Positions 45,290 to 53,773 of a stretch of 64,000 nt of DNA are shown piece after piece. The position numbers and the translations under genes are program-made. The DNA comes from Candidatus Marsarchaeota archaeon. Its GTDB lineage: Archaea > Micrarchaeota > Micrarchaeia > Micrarchaeales > CABMGC01. Position 1 is the stretch's first letter. Every line of letters starts with the position of its first letter. The DNA is taken from NCBI GenBank assembly GCA_023476545.1, contig JAMCYP010000014.1, positions 2,297-66,296 of the forward strand, read 5' to 3'. The notes under the pieces are model-generated. The model was not told where the DNA came from and searched no databases. It saw only the letters and a program-made list of their open reading frames with translations.

Positions 45290-46141
45290 ATGGATTACGC
45301 TACAACCGTTTCGTTGCTGTCACTCATAGCGATATCAGTGATGTACGCAGCCTTTGACGTCTTCAATAAGAGGAATGTGCCAGACGTCTTCGCATACGCG
45401 AGCGTGGCTGTTGGCATAGCCATAACATTGGCCTTCCACCAGAGCGAGCTTGTCTTCAGCCTAATAGTGGCACTTATAGTCGGCACCATAGGCTATGTGG
45501 TCTACAGGCTAGGCCTCTGGGGTGCGGGAGACTATTTTGAGCTCGTTGCGATAAGCCTGATCCTTCCTGTGCAGCCAGCACCGCTGTTCTTCGGAGTGGC
45601 GCAGCTTGGCCTGCCTTTCATACTGTCTGTTTTTGTTGGCACCGGATTTGCCGCGATATGGATAGTGCCGATATACTACCTCTTCTTCATGAAGAGGGCT
45701 TGGGTGAAGAAGCCAGACGCAAAGCACGTGTACTATGGCCTGTCACTGTTCGTCCTCTACATGCTTCTGCTCCTCTTCATATACTACTTCTACGGATATG
45801 CCCTGGGCAGGCTTGCGCTTATAATGATAGTCGCTGTGCCCTCTGCCCTGACCTTGGTGTTCGAGGAAGAGATCACATCCAGGATGGTCGAAAGGATACC
45901 GACAAAGAAGCTGGAGGAGGGCGACATCATTGCATTCAACATGATGAGCAAGAACGAGATGCGCTACTTCTCCAAGTACTCCGGATTCGGAAGGCTTGCG
46001 ACCCGCAGCCTGATAGCCCGGATAAAGAACGCGAAGATGCAGCTGCCTGTGTATAGGAACGCCGCGCCGCTCGCCCTGTTCATACTGATAGGAATAGGTG
46101 TGTCGCTTTTCTTCGGAAATGTGGTCCTCTTTATGGTGTAG
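45290..46141 (+). CDS. A24-family prepilin/preflagellin peptidase (PibD/FlaK-like)
   Basis: 283 aa, polytopic. First Asp motif AAFDVFNKRNVPD and second GLWGAGDYFEL (GxGD). Confidence 0.72.
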   Translation: MDYATTVSLLSLIAISVMYAAFDVFNKRNVPDVFAYASVAVGIAITLAFHQSELVFSLIVALIVGTIGYVVYRLGLWGAGDYFELVAISLILPVQPAPLFFGVAQLGLPFILSVFVGTGFAAIWIVPIYYLFFMKRAWVKKPDAKHVYYGLSLFVLYMLLLLFIYYFYGYALGRLALIMIVAVPSALTLVFEEEITSRMVERIPTKKLEEGDIIAFNMMSKNEMRYFSKYSGFGRLATRSLIARIKNAKMQLPVYRNAAPLALFILIGIGVSLFFGNVVLFMV

Positions 46142-47014
46142 TCAGTACACCAGATTCAGCAGCTCCTCTTCCGACTCTACTGTCTTCATGTCGTTCTTGC
46201 CCACAATAGGCACCCCCATCACCTTCCCCTTCTTCTTGCTGCTGATGAAAAACGGATAGTTGTTCTGGAATGTATCCCTTATGGCATTGAAGAGCTCTGC
46301 TCGTTTTACCAGCGTCCGAAAGTTTGCATCAAGGCTTATCTCGAAGTAGTTGCGGTCCTTGGCCACTATGTCAAAAGGAGGATGCATGAGCCGCAAAGCC
46401 CGCAGCCCTGTATTTTCGAGCAGACCTGCCTTTGGCTGCTCTTTTGAATTGTTGCCCGCGCTCTCATCGGCGCGTACTGTTCCGAGCACGCGCTCCAGTC
46501 GGGAAACTGTCGCAATAGAGGCGTAGTCTGTCTCCTTTTCGTGCTTGTATAGCGTAGAGCTTGAAACAGAGACGCGGCGTGCCAGTTCTGTTACAGACAT
46601 CCCGGACATCTTACGCAGCGCATGCAGCCTGCTGCCTTCTATCTTTACTTTTATGCCAACTGATTTTGATGCAACCAGGGTCCTGTCTCCTGAAGCCACC
46701 TCGGCAAGCATCTCTGGAGAGATGCATCTTATCGAGAATCGATAGTAGCTTACCCCGCGCTCCAGCTTGCTCTTCTTTGATGCTTCCCCGACAACCAAAG
46801 GCTCTGCGCCCATGAACTGAGAAAGCCTGGAAAGCGCAACGGCCTCCTTCTTGGTTATGGAATCGATGTTGCGCACTGCCTTGATTATGAACTTGCCTCC
46901 AGGTCCCTCGGCAAACAGGTCCACGAAGGTATGCATGTTGCTGGCCAGTACAGTGGCGAAGCCGCTCGATGATAGCTCGCGCTCGGCGTCCTTCGCTATG
47001 CGGTCCCTTTTCAT
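46142..47014 (-). CDS. conserved archaeal HTH (XRE-type) transcriptional regulator, COG1395-like
   Basis: 290 aa with a central HTH (LRKMSGMSVTELARRVSVSSSTLYKHEKE) and the family's characteristic N-terminal FDL...IKAVRNIDS...LVVG region. Confidence 0.8.
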   Translation of the reverse strand: MKRDRIAKDAERELSSSGFATVLASNMHTFVDLFAEGPGGKFIIKAVRNIDSITKKEAVALSRLSQFMGAEPLVVGEASKKSKLERGVSYYRFSIRCISPEMLAEVASGDRTLVASKSVGIKVKIEGSRLHALRKMSGMSVTELARRVSVSSSTLYKHEKETDYASIATVSRLERVLGTVRADESAGNNSKEQPKAGLLENTGLRALRLMHPPFDIVAKDRNYFEISLDANFRTLVKRAELFNAIRDTFQNNYPFFISSKKKGKVMGVPIVGKNDMKTVESEEELLNLVY

Positions 47015-47029
47015 AACAACACATTGCTG

Positions 47030-47743
47030 CTAAAGGCTTTTATCATGTGTTGACGGTGCTGCTGGCGTCAGGCTCTGGAAAAGAAAAGCGTGATTGGTCT
47101 CAGTGTAGAACCTGTTGAAAGGAACGAATCCGGCATCGTGCATCATTCCGATAATCTCTATAGGAGAGTAGTACCTGTAAAAGGTCTGGTAGCTGCGGCC
47201 CTCTCCAAGCCACACTCCATCCCTGCACTCCCTGCCTTGTGCGCGGAGTTTTGCATAACGGTCATCATCTCTGAGCCAGAACACAAGCGCGAACTTCCCA
47301 TCGCGAAGTTTGTCGTGGAGGAGCCCCATAACCGAGGCGCGTTCGCTCTCGTACGGCATCGTCGCTATAACGTTCACCAGCATCGCTAGGTCATATCGCC
47401 GTTCATCGTCTTTGAACTGCGCTGGCGTAAGCCTCCTGAAAGCACCATCGTGGCGTTGGCAGAGGGCATAGTTGCTGCGCGTTACGGGGTTGGAATCAAG
47501 GCGGTCGAACTCTACCGCGCAGAGCGTCTTGCCCATAGTGAGCACAAAGGGATCGTTCTTCAGCTTTCCAGCTCCGAAATCAACGACGTCGTTTATATCG
47601 AGAGCTCTGTTGGTGAGGACATCACGGAGAACCGTTCTGATCCCTCTGCCCATGTGCGACGCTGCTGATTTAGTTACGTCAATCTCTATCTCCTTCCGAT
47701 GGCCGTGATCCATAACGGTAAGATTATACAGAGGGCCTGACAA
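47030..47743 (-). CDS. class I SAM-dependent methyltransferase, substrate unknown
   Basis: 237 aa with motif I VVDFGAGKL, post-I CAVEF, and later LVNVI. Confidence 0.7.
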   Translation of the reverse strand: MSGPLYNLTVMDHGHRKEIEIDVTKSAASHMGRGIRTVLRDVLTNRALDINDVVDFGAGKLKNDPFVLTMGKTLCAVEFDRLDSNPVTRSNYALCQRHDGAFRRLTPAQFKDDERRYDLAMLVNVIATMPYESERASVMGLLHDKLRDGKFALVFWLRDDDRYAKLRAQGRECRDGVWLGEGRSYQTFYRYYSPIEIIGMMHDAGFVPFNRFYTETNHAFLFQSLTPAAPSTHDKSL

Positions 47744-47758
47744 AGTGATGCACCATGC

Positions 47759-48118
47759 CTATTCAATGTGGTTGGGCAGGTCAGCGAGTTTCTTGTCAAG
47801 CTTGCCCCTGGCTATCATCTCCTCTGTGTGTATCGCTCCGGCGATGTTCCACATGGCCTGAGCCAGGTGATCCTCATCGCGCTTTCCTTCTATGTGCTGG
47901 TTGATATGCCGAAGAGCAGAGTCAAGAAACCGCGATACCGGCATACCCTTCTCCCAATTTCTTTCACCGTACTTCTGCGCTCCTTTTTCATATATTATCG
48001 CCAGCCTGCGGAGGGCAGTGTTGGGTATAAGATCATACCTTCCTTTCCCATCGCGCGAATCACGATGGGCCCCCGAAACAAAAACCTGCTTCTTCCCAGA
48101 ATCTTTCAGATCAGACAC
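47759..48118 (-). CDS. DUF5664 / dATP-dGTP diphosphohydrolase N-terminal-domain protein (all-alpha NTP pyrophosphohydrolase, phage-associated family)
   Basis: 119 aa; SGAHRDSRDGKGRYDLIPNTALRRLAIIYEKGAQKYGERNWEKGMPVSRFLDSALRHI...EDHLAQAMWN matches the family pattern DSGK.r.dLip..al..la.v...Ga.KYg..NW..G. Confidence 0.7.
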   Translation of the reverse strand: MSDLKDSGKKQVFVSGAHRDSRDGKGRYDLIPNTALRRLAIIYEKGAQKYGERNWEKGMPVSRFLDSALRHINQHIEGKRDEDHLAQAMWNIAGAIHTEEMIARGKLDKKLADLPNHIE

Positions 48119-48180
48119 AACAACCCCTAATAAGAGAAGAGAGTTTGAAATATAAACGCGACGGGATTTTGTGTTGAGTT

Positions 48181-48255
48181 TGCTCCCACCGGGATTTGAA
48201 CCCGGGTTACAGGGTTGAAAGCCCTATGTCCTTGGCCGGACTAGACGATGGGAGC
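48181..48255 (-). tRNA. tRNA-Glu (anticodon UUC)
   Basis: Hand fold of the reverse complement: acceptor GCTCCCA/TGGGAGC, anticodon stem TAGGG/CCCTG, loop CTTTCAA, T arm CCGGG-TTCAAAT-CCCGG, discriminator A. Confidence 0.9.
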
Positions 48256-48288
48256 CGGCATATACTCGGCTCTTGGCTTATTTATTGC

Positions 48289-48939
48289 TTACCTTCTCGC
48301 AAGAAACTTGTCGACTATGTCGGCGACTTCCCTGCTCGTCTCGGCCACGTCCTGCTCCCCGTTCACCATCCTGAATCTGAACCTCTTGGCGAGATTAAGG
48401 TACGCCTTCCTCACCTTTCCCAGCGTCTCCCTCTTCTCGAAGAGCTCGCGCTTCTCCCTCCCGCTGCCTATCCTGGACATTGAGATGTCTGGGCTTATGT
48501 CTATGAATATGGTCAGGTCGGGCATCCGGAACTCCCGGTTAACGTTGAAGAGCCAGTGCGTGTCCACCCCTGCCGCGAAACCGTACGCGAGCGTGGAGAA
48601 CATGTACCTGTCGCAGATCACTATCCTGTCCTTGTCCAGCGCGGGCTCTATCTCATCCTCCAGGTGCCTCGCCCTGTCGGCGCAGAACAGCAGCTGCAGT
48701 GACTTGAACGATGTGTTCCAGTTCTCCTTGAGCGCGGCGCGTATCATGCCGCCTATCAGCCCAGTGGTGGGCTCCTTGGTAAGAAGCGTCTTGTAGCCCT
48801 GCTGCCTCAGGCGTGTTTCTAGATACGTCGCCTGGGTGGATATGCCAGACCCGTCCAATCCTTCGAGAACGATGAATGCTCCGCGCTTCACAGTATCCCC
48901 GATACTGTTGAAGACTTCGGAAAACAGTTTAATAAACAT
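48289..48939 (-). CDS. thymidylate kinase-like protein with Walker-A Lys replaced by Ile
   Basis: 216 aa with FIVLEGLDGSGISTQ (canonical EGxDGxGK[ST]T), CDRYMFS and a lid region. The Ile codon ATA lies at 48843..48841. Confidence 0.85.
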   Translation of the reverse strand: MFIKLFSEVFNSIGDTVKRGAFIVLEGLDGSGISTQATYLETRLRQQGYKTLLTKEPTTGLIGGMIRAALKENWNTSFKSLQLLFCADRARHLEDEIEPALDKDRIVICDRYMFSTLAYGFAAGVDTHWLFNVNREFRMPDLTIFIDISPDISMSRIGSGREKRELFEKRETLGKVRKAYLNLAKRFRFRMVNGEQDVAETSREVADIVDKFLARR

Positions 48940-49067
48940 GCATAGGAGATTCGTTTATATCGGTTGTTTTACGCGCAGAAAAAAAGTCAACAGCAAGCAG
49001 TAAAAACATCAACCATCAACTATTCTGGATTCTTCGAGGTGTTTTTATCGGGGGGCTTCTGATTGCT

Positions 49068-49691
49068 ATGGAGGGGGCGGACGGCGTAGGCAAACACACC
49101 CAGGTGACAATGCTTGAGAGCGGCCTCAGGGAAGAGGGACACAGCGTGAAGCTTCACGGCTTCCCCAACTACTCCTCGGTGTTTGGACGCGTGATAAGGG
49201 ACCGCCTGACTGGAAGCGTAAAGATGAGCAACAAGGGGTCGTTCTTGATGTACCTTGGAGACATGGTGGAAGACGCACCGATGATCGAAAAGTGGCTGGA
49301 TGAGGGCCACACGGTGCTAGTGGACAGGTACAACCTAAGCACAATAGCCTATGGGGTGGCAAACGGATTCGACTATGATGATGCCAAGAAGGTTGAGGAG
49401 ACGTTCAACCTCCCGCGCCCGAACCTTGTCATCTACATAGACATGCCTGTGGAAAGGTCGATGCTGCTGAAGGCGAGACAGCGGTCCCTGGAGCAAGACA
49501 AGGCTGACATATACGAGTCAAACAGGAAATTGCAGGAGAACGTCAAGCCGGTGTATGAGAGAATGTTTTCGGAGAGCCTTTTTGCAGACAAATGGGTGAA
49601 GATTGACGGTAGCGGATCGATCGAGGAGGTGCATAAATCCATAATGAACGCCGTTAACTCCATGTTCACAATCAACAAGCTCAGGTACTGA
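49068..49691 (+). CDS. tmk: thymidylate kinase (start codon uncertain)
   Basis: 207 aa, M-EGADGVGKHTQ, VDRYNLS. The in-frame upstream codons read ...RGVFIGGLLIA with no ATG/GTG/TTG. Confidence 0.85.
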   Translation: MEGADGVGKHTQVTMLESGLREEGHSVKLHGFPNYSSVFGRVIRDRLTGSVKMSNKGSFLMYLGDMVEDAPMIEKWLDEGHTVLVDRYNLSTIAYGVANGFDYDDAKKVEETFNLPRPNLVIYIDMPVERSMLLKARQRSLEQDKADIYESNRKLQENVKPVYERMFSESLFADKWVKIDGSGSIEEVHKSIMNAVNSMFTINKLRY

Positions 49692-49699
49692 CCCAAAGG

Positions 49700-50185
49700 T
49701 CACTGGTCGGGATACTCCTCAACCTTGTCCTCCATATACACTATCGGTATCTTCGCCTGCCTGAAGAACTCGCGTGTCAGCTTCGCAGCGTGGTACTTCT
49801 TCTGGCAGACCACGCGCGTCGCGCCGGCGTTTATCAGCATCTTCGTGCACGTGAAGCACGGCTCGAACTTCACGTAGAGCGTGGATCCCTCGACCGAGAT
49901 GCCATGCAGCGCGGCCTGCAGTATTGCATTCTGCTCCGCGTGTATCGTCCTTATGCAGTGCTTCGAGATCGTGCCGTCGGGATTGACCTCGTCGCTCATG
50001 AGGTGGCCAACCTCGTCGCAGTGCGGCATGCCCCTCGGGGAGCCCACGTAGCCGGTGGTGAGTATCCTCTTGTCCTTCACCAGCACGGCGCCGTTCCTGC
50101 CCCTGTCGCAGGTGCCCCTCGTTCCTACCACGTGCGCGATGTTTAGGAAGTACTCGTCCCACGAAGGTCTCTTGTACTCTGCCAT
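49700..50185 (-). CDS. dCMP deaminase
   Basis: 161 aa with HAEQNAILQA and PCFTCTKMLINAG zinc motifs. Confidence 0.92.
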   Translation of the reverse strand: MAEYKRPSWDEYFLNIAHVVGTRGTCDRGRNGAVLVKDKRILTTGYVGSPRGMPHCDEVGHLMSDEVNPDGTISKHCIRTIHAEQNAILQAALHGISVEGSTLYVKFEPCFTCTKMLINAGATRVVCQKKYHAAKLTREFFRQAKIPIVYMEDKVEEYPDQ

Positions 50186-50273
50186 AGAACCACAAGAGAG
50201 ATTATTTGCAAAAAAGAGCTTTAAAGAGCTGAGGCTAGAACTTTTATCTTGGGAACAGTCCGAAGTCTACGGA

Positions 50274-50552
50274 TCACTTAGAGAGGTCGTTTACCTCTTC
50301 CTTTGTGGTCTCTTGTCCGTTCGCTGAAGGGGCTGAGACCAGAACCACATCGCCGACGTTCTTTACGCTCTTGTACAGCACGCTCTTCTGCATAAGCGTC
50401 CTCCTCATGTCGCCCTTCATTCCCTTCATAGGGATCATGAGAAGCCTGCTCACTTCGCCCTTCTCCAGATCAACTATTATGTCCTGTACCTCGCCCAGAT
50501 ACTGCCCGGAGTCGCTGTATATGTCCATTCGGTAAATCTCGGAAAGCTTCAT
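50274..50552 (-). CDS. PRC-barrel domain protein
   Basis: 92 aa from ATG 50552: MKLSEIYRMDIYSDSGQYLGEVQDIIVDLEKGEVSRLL. Confidence 0.7.
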   Translation of the reverse strand: MKLSEIYRMDIYSDSGQYLGEVQDIIVDLEKGEVSRLLMIPMKGMKGDMRRTLMQKSVLYKSVKNVGDVVLVSAPSANGQETTKEEVNDLSK

Positions 50553-50846
50553 TTTCTCGCCTTGTCGCCAGCAATATACTCGACGGATAAATTTATAAGG
50601 ATTCAACAATAGCGGAACGGCAAAATCGCGCGATAATTCCTGAATTCCTGTAACTTTCTTGTATCATAAGATATTTTCGGGCTGCGGCTCTTTATAAATT
50701 TAATTTGAGAGTTTAGATTCAATAGATAGGTTGTGGATCGGGGAGGATTTTGAGCAGCAGATTTGTTTGTCCGAAAGAAAGCGGAGACGGATCTGTGCTC
50801 GAATATCGGGAGATGAGTGCGACCGATGTCACGTACCTGAGAGTGC

Positions 50847-53771
50847 GTGTTTGGAGTGATTAGAAAGGTCGTAGCCAGGCAGAAGGAAGCGGTGGAGGCG
50901 GGCATAGCGCAGACACTGGATACTTTCTATGAGGTTGAGAACGGGGCAGCTTCCACTACGTCAGTCACAAAGGAAGATGCTCATGAGAGACCAAAAAGCG
51001 TGTTGTTGGACTCTGGGACAGGAACCGGCAAAACCACACAGATGATTGCAGGGCTTGTAGATCTGCTGAAGGAAGGCGAAAAGACAAATGGGAAGATGGG
51101 CGCCAGGCCCGAAGACATATTGTTCATAACATGGTCCAGGGAAGCCAACGAGGAGGTCAGGGAGAGGCTGACCAAAGTGCTTGCTGAAGAAGGGGCGCCA
51201 AAGGTCAGGGAGTCGGACATCGAGATACGCACTCTGCGCAGCTATACTTCTGGCTTGATGCGCGAGCAGGCGGGGGAGACGATAGCGGAGATAAGCGACA
51301 GCAGGGCAGGAGTAATAATACTAGAGGGGCTGCGCGCCAACAACCCGCAGAGATACAGCGACGAGTACCTGCGCGTCATGGCCAAGGACATGAAGCGCAC
51401 CATAGACTTCATAAAGGGGTTCGGCCTGTCGTCGACCGAGGTCGACATGAAGCTGGTGGGCGAGGAGATAGAGAGGGTATGCAAGGAGAAAGAATTCAAC
51501 GAGACGAGAACCTCGAAGAACATGCAGTACTTCGACATGTTCATGAAGGTCTTCGACCACTACGAGAAATCCCTGGAGGACGCAAGCCTTCTTGACCAGA
51601 ACGACATACTCATGTTGCTGAAGGAGAGGATGGACAAGGGAGAGAGCCCGTACAAGAGATACAAGTACGTGTTTGTTGACGGAATACAGGACATGAATGT
51701 GCTCGAGTCCCAGGTAATTGCCAAGTCTGGAGAGAGTCAGATGCTCGTGAGGGACGACAAGAAGGCCATATTCGGATTCAGGGGCGGAGGTGTCGAGAAC
51801 GCGTGGAGCTTCAGCGATGTGGATTCGGTAATAAGAGGGGGAGCCGGAAACGTCAACAAGCGGAATCTGAAGGAACTGTCTGATTATGCCAAGGACTTCT
51901 TTCTGGCGAATGTCACTGACAGGAAGGCTTATGAGAAGGACTTTGAGGGCGCGGTGAATGCCAGAACCGAGAGGAAGGGGGTGGTGCAGCTCGTAACAGT
52001 GGAAGACGGGGTAAACGACCAGGTGGAAGCTGCAGCCGCGATTATTGCAGACCTTGTAAAGAAGGGAGAGAAGGTTGGGGTGCTGGGCCGCAGCAACTAC
52101 CAGCTGGAGGTCATGGAGAAGAAGCTTGACTCGCTTGGCATACACTACATGTCAAAGAGGCACGGCGGCGCTAAGGACGCCAAGAACGACATAATAGACT
52201 ACCTAAAGGGAATGCTGTACAACGAGCCGGAGATAGTCATAAAGGCGCTCTTCACCCCGTTTGCCCAGGTAAGCTGGGCAGATGCATCAGACGCGGTAGA
52301 GAAGTACAGGACGGGAAAGATAACCTGGATAGAGCTGCAGAGAAGAGTGCCGAGCTTCTTCGCAAACAAGGCAACGTTCACGAGGAGCAAGATAGAAGAG
52401 CTATTCGGAAGCGTTGTCATCCCCATAGCAGTTGGCCAGGGCGAGGACTATCACAAGGCGGCTCTCGCGATACAGAGGAGCCTGCTTGACTATACCGGCA
52501 CGCGCACTGAGATAGACAGAACCTCTCTGTTCGACCATCTTGAGATGAGCACCGAGAGGTCCGAGCCTGCAGGCAAGGGGAATGGAGTACTCCTGGCAAC
52601 TGTGCACGGCGCAAAGAGCAAGTGGTTTGACACGGTGGTCTACCTGCCTTCGTACTTCAGGGGCACGCTGGACTACCCGGACATAACCAAGTACGCGATA
52701 ATGAAGGCCACAGCAGGGATAGACACGATAGCTGCTTCGCAGGACGAGCCGCTCAAGGTGGACTTCGTTGCCATAACCAGAGCCAGGAATGAGCTCTATA
52801 TCATTTCGAGCAAGAAGCAGCACCCGTGGTTCAACATACCTGGAAAGATAGTGTTGGCGGAGCCCAGGCGCGTGCCACAGAATGCAGAGGCGCAGGCGAC
52901 GGAAACACCAGAGTTGAAGAGCAGCGCGAGGGGGCTCAAGAGCGAGGGCCAGCGGATAAAGGAATCTTTCTTCGACCACTTCGCTCAGAGCGGGTCCGTG
53001 TCCTTTACGCAGGTGGAGACTTCAAGCAACCCGTTCAGGTACGTATTCAACTACATATACAAATCAAGGGAGCAGACCACCCCGATGAAGGTAGGGGCAC
53101 AGGTCCACGAGATAGCCGAGAGATTCTTCAGGAAGACTCTGTCAGAGGGCTCGCTCAACGAGACGGAGAAGAGGTTCCTGGACAACATAAAGGAGGTGTA
53201 CTCCCTGGTCACCGAGACATACGGGGTACGGCAGACAGATGCCGAGTATAATGTAGAGCTTGACATAAACGAGGTGTTTGAGGAATTCCCTCCGGGAACA
53301 CGATTCAAGGGGAAGATAGACGCAGTATACGAGAAGGCCACTCCGGAAGGCACGAAGTACATACTGCTCGACTACAAGACGGACAAGGATGGGACGTGGT
53401 TCGGAGGGCACGAGAAGCAGGTGGCGCTGTACAAGAGAGCGTTCGCGATCAAGAAGAAGGTAAGAGAGGAGGACATAGATGTAATAGTCGCGTTTATAGG
53501 AAGGAGCCAGGGAGGCCAGAGCTTCGGCATGAAGATGCACTCTTCGATACCCGCGAGGGGATTCGAACTGATGACCGAGAAGAGGCTTGCGGAGCGCCTA
53601 GAGGCGATAAAAGAGGATACGAAGACGTTCCTGGATTACAGAAATGACCCGAACAAGTTCATAGACGCGCTGCTCCACGCAGACCCACAGAACGCCAGGG
53701 AGAAGAGGCTACGCGAGGCCCTGCTGGCAGATAATGACATAGCGGCCAGGTCTGTAGCCAGGATAGAGTAG
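50847..53771 (+). CDS. UvrD/Rep-family SF1 helicase fused to a C-terminal PD-(D/E)XK (RecB-like) nuclease
   Basis: 974 aa. Helicase motifs: DSGTGTGKTT, FVDGIQD, IFGFRGGG, TVHGAKSKWFDTV, VAITRARNELYI. C-terminal nuclease: QVHEIAERFF, GKIDAVYE, ILLDYKT. GTG start. Confidence 0.85.
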   Translation: MFGVIRKVVARQKEAVEAGIAQTLDTFYEVENGAASTTSVTKEDAHERPKSVLLDSGTGTGKTTQMIAGLVDLLKEGEKTNGKMGARPEDILFITWSREANEEVRERLTKVLAEEGAPKVRESDIEIRTLRSYTSGLMREQAGETIAEISDSRAGVIILEGLRANNPQRYSDEYLRVMAKDMKRTIDFIKGFGLSSTEVDMKLVGEEIERVCKEKEFNETRTSKNMQYFDMFMKVFDHYEKSLEDASLLDQNDILMLLKERMDKGESPYKRYKYVFVDGIQDMNVLESQVIAKSGESQMLVRDDKKAIFGFRGGGVENAWSFSDVDSVIRGGAGNVNKRNLKELSDYAKDFFLANVTDRKAYEKDFEGAVNARTERKGVVQLVTVEDGVNDQVEAAAAIIADLVKKGEKVGVLGRSNYQLEVMEKKLDSLGIHYMSKRHGGAKDAKNDIIDYLKGMLYNEPEIVIKALFTPFAQVSWADASDAVEKYRTGKITWIELQRRVPSFFANKATFTRSKIEELFGSVVIPIAVGQGEDYHKAALAIQRSLLDYTGTRTEIDRTSLFDHLEMSTERSEPAGKGNGVLLATVHGAKSKWFDTVVYLPSYFRGTLDYPDITKYAIMKATAGIDTIAASQDEPLKVDFVAITRARNELYIISSKKQHPWFNIPGKIVLAEPRRVPQNAEAQATETPELKSSARGLKSEGQRIKESFFDHFAQSGSVSFTQVETSSNPFRYVFNYIYKSREQTTPMKVGAQVHEIAERFFRKTLSEGSLNETEKRFLDNIKEVYSLVTETYGVRQTDAEYNVELDINEVFEEFPPGTRFKGKIDAVYEKATPEGTKYILLDYKTDKDGTWFGGHEKQVALYKRAFAIKKKVREEDIDVIVAFIGRSQGGQSFGMKMHSSIPARGFELMTEKRLAERLEAIKEDTKTFLDYRNDPNKFIDALLHADPQNAREKRLREALLADNDIAARSVARIE

Positions 53772-53773
53772 CC

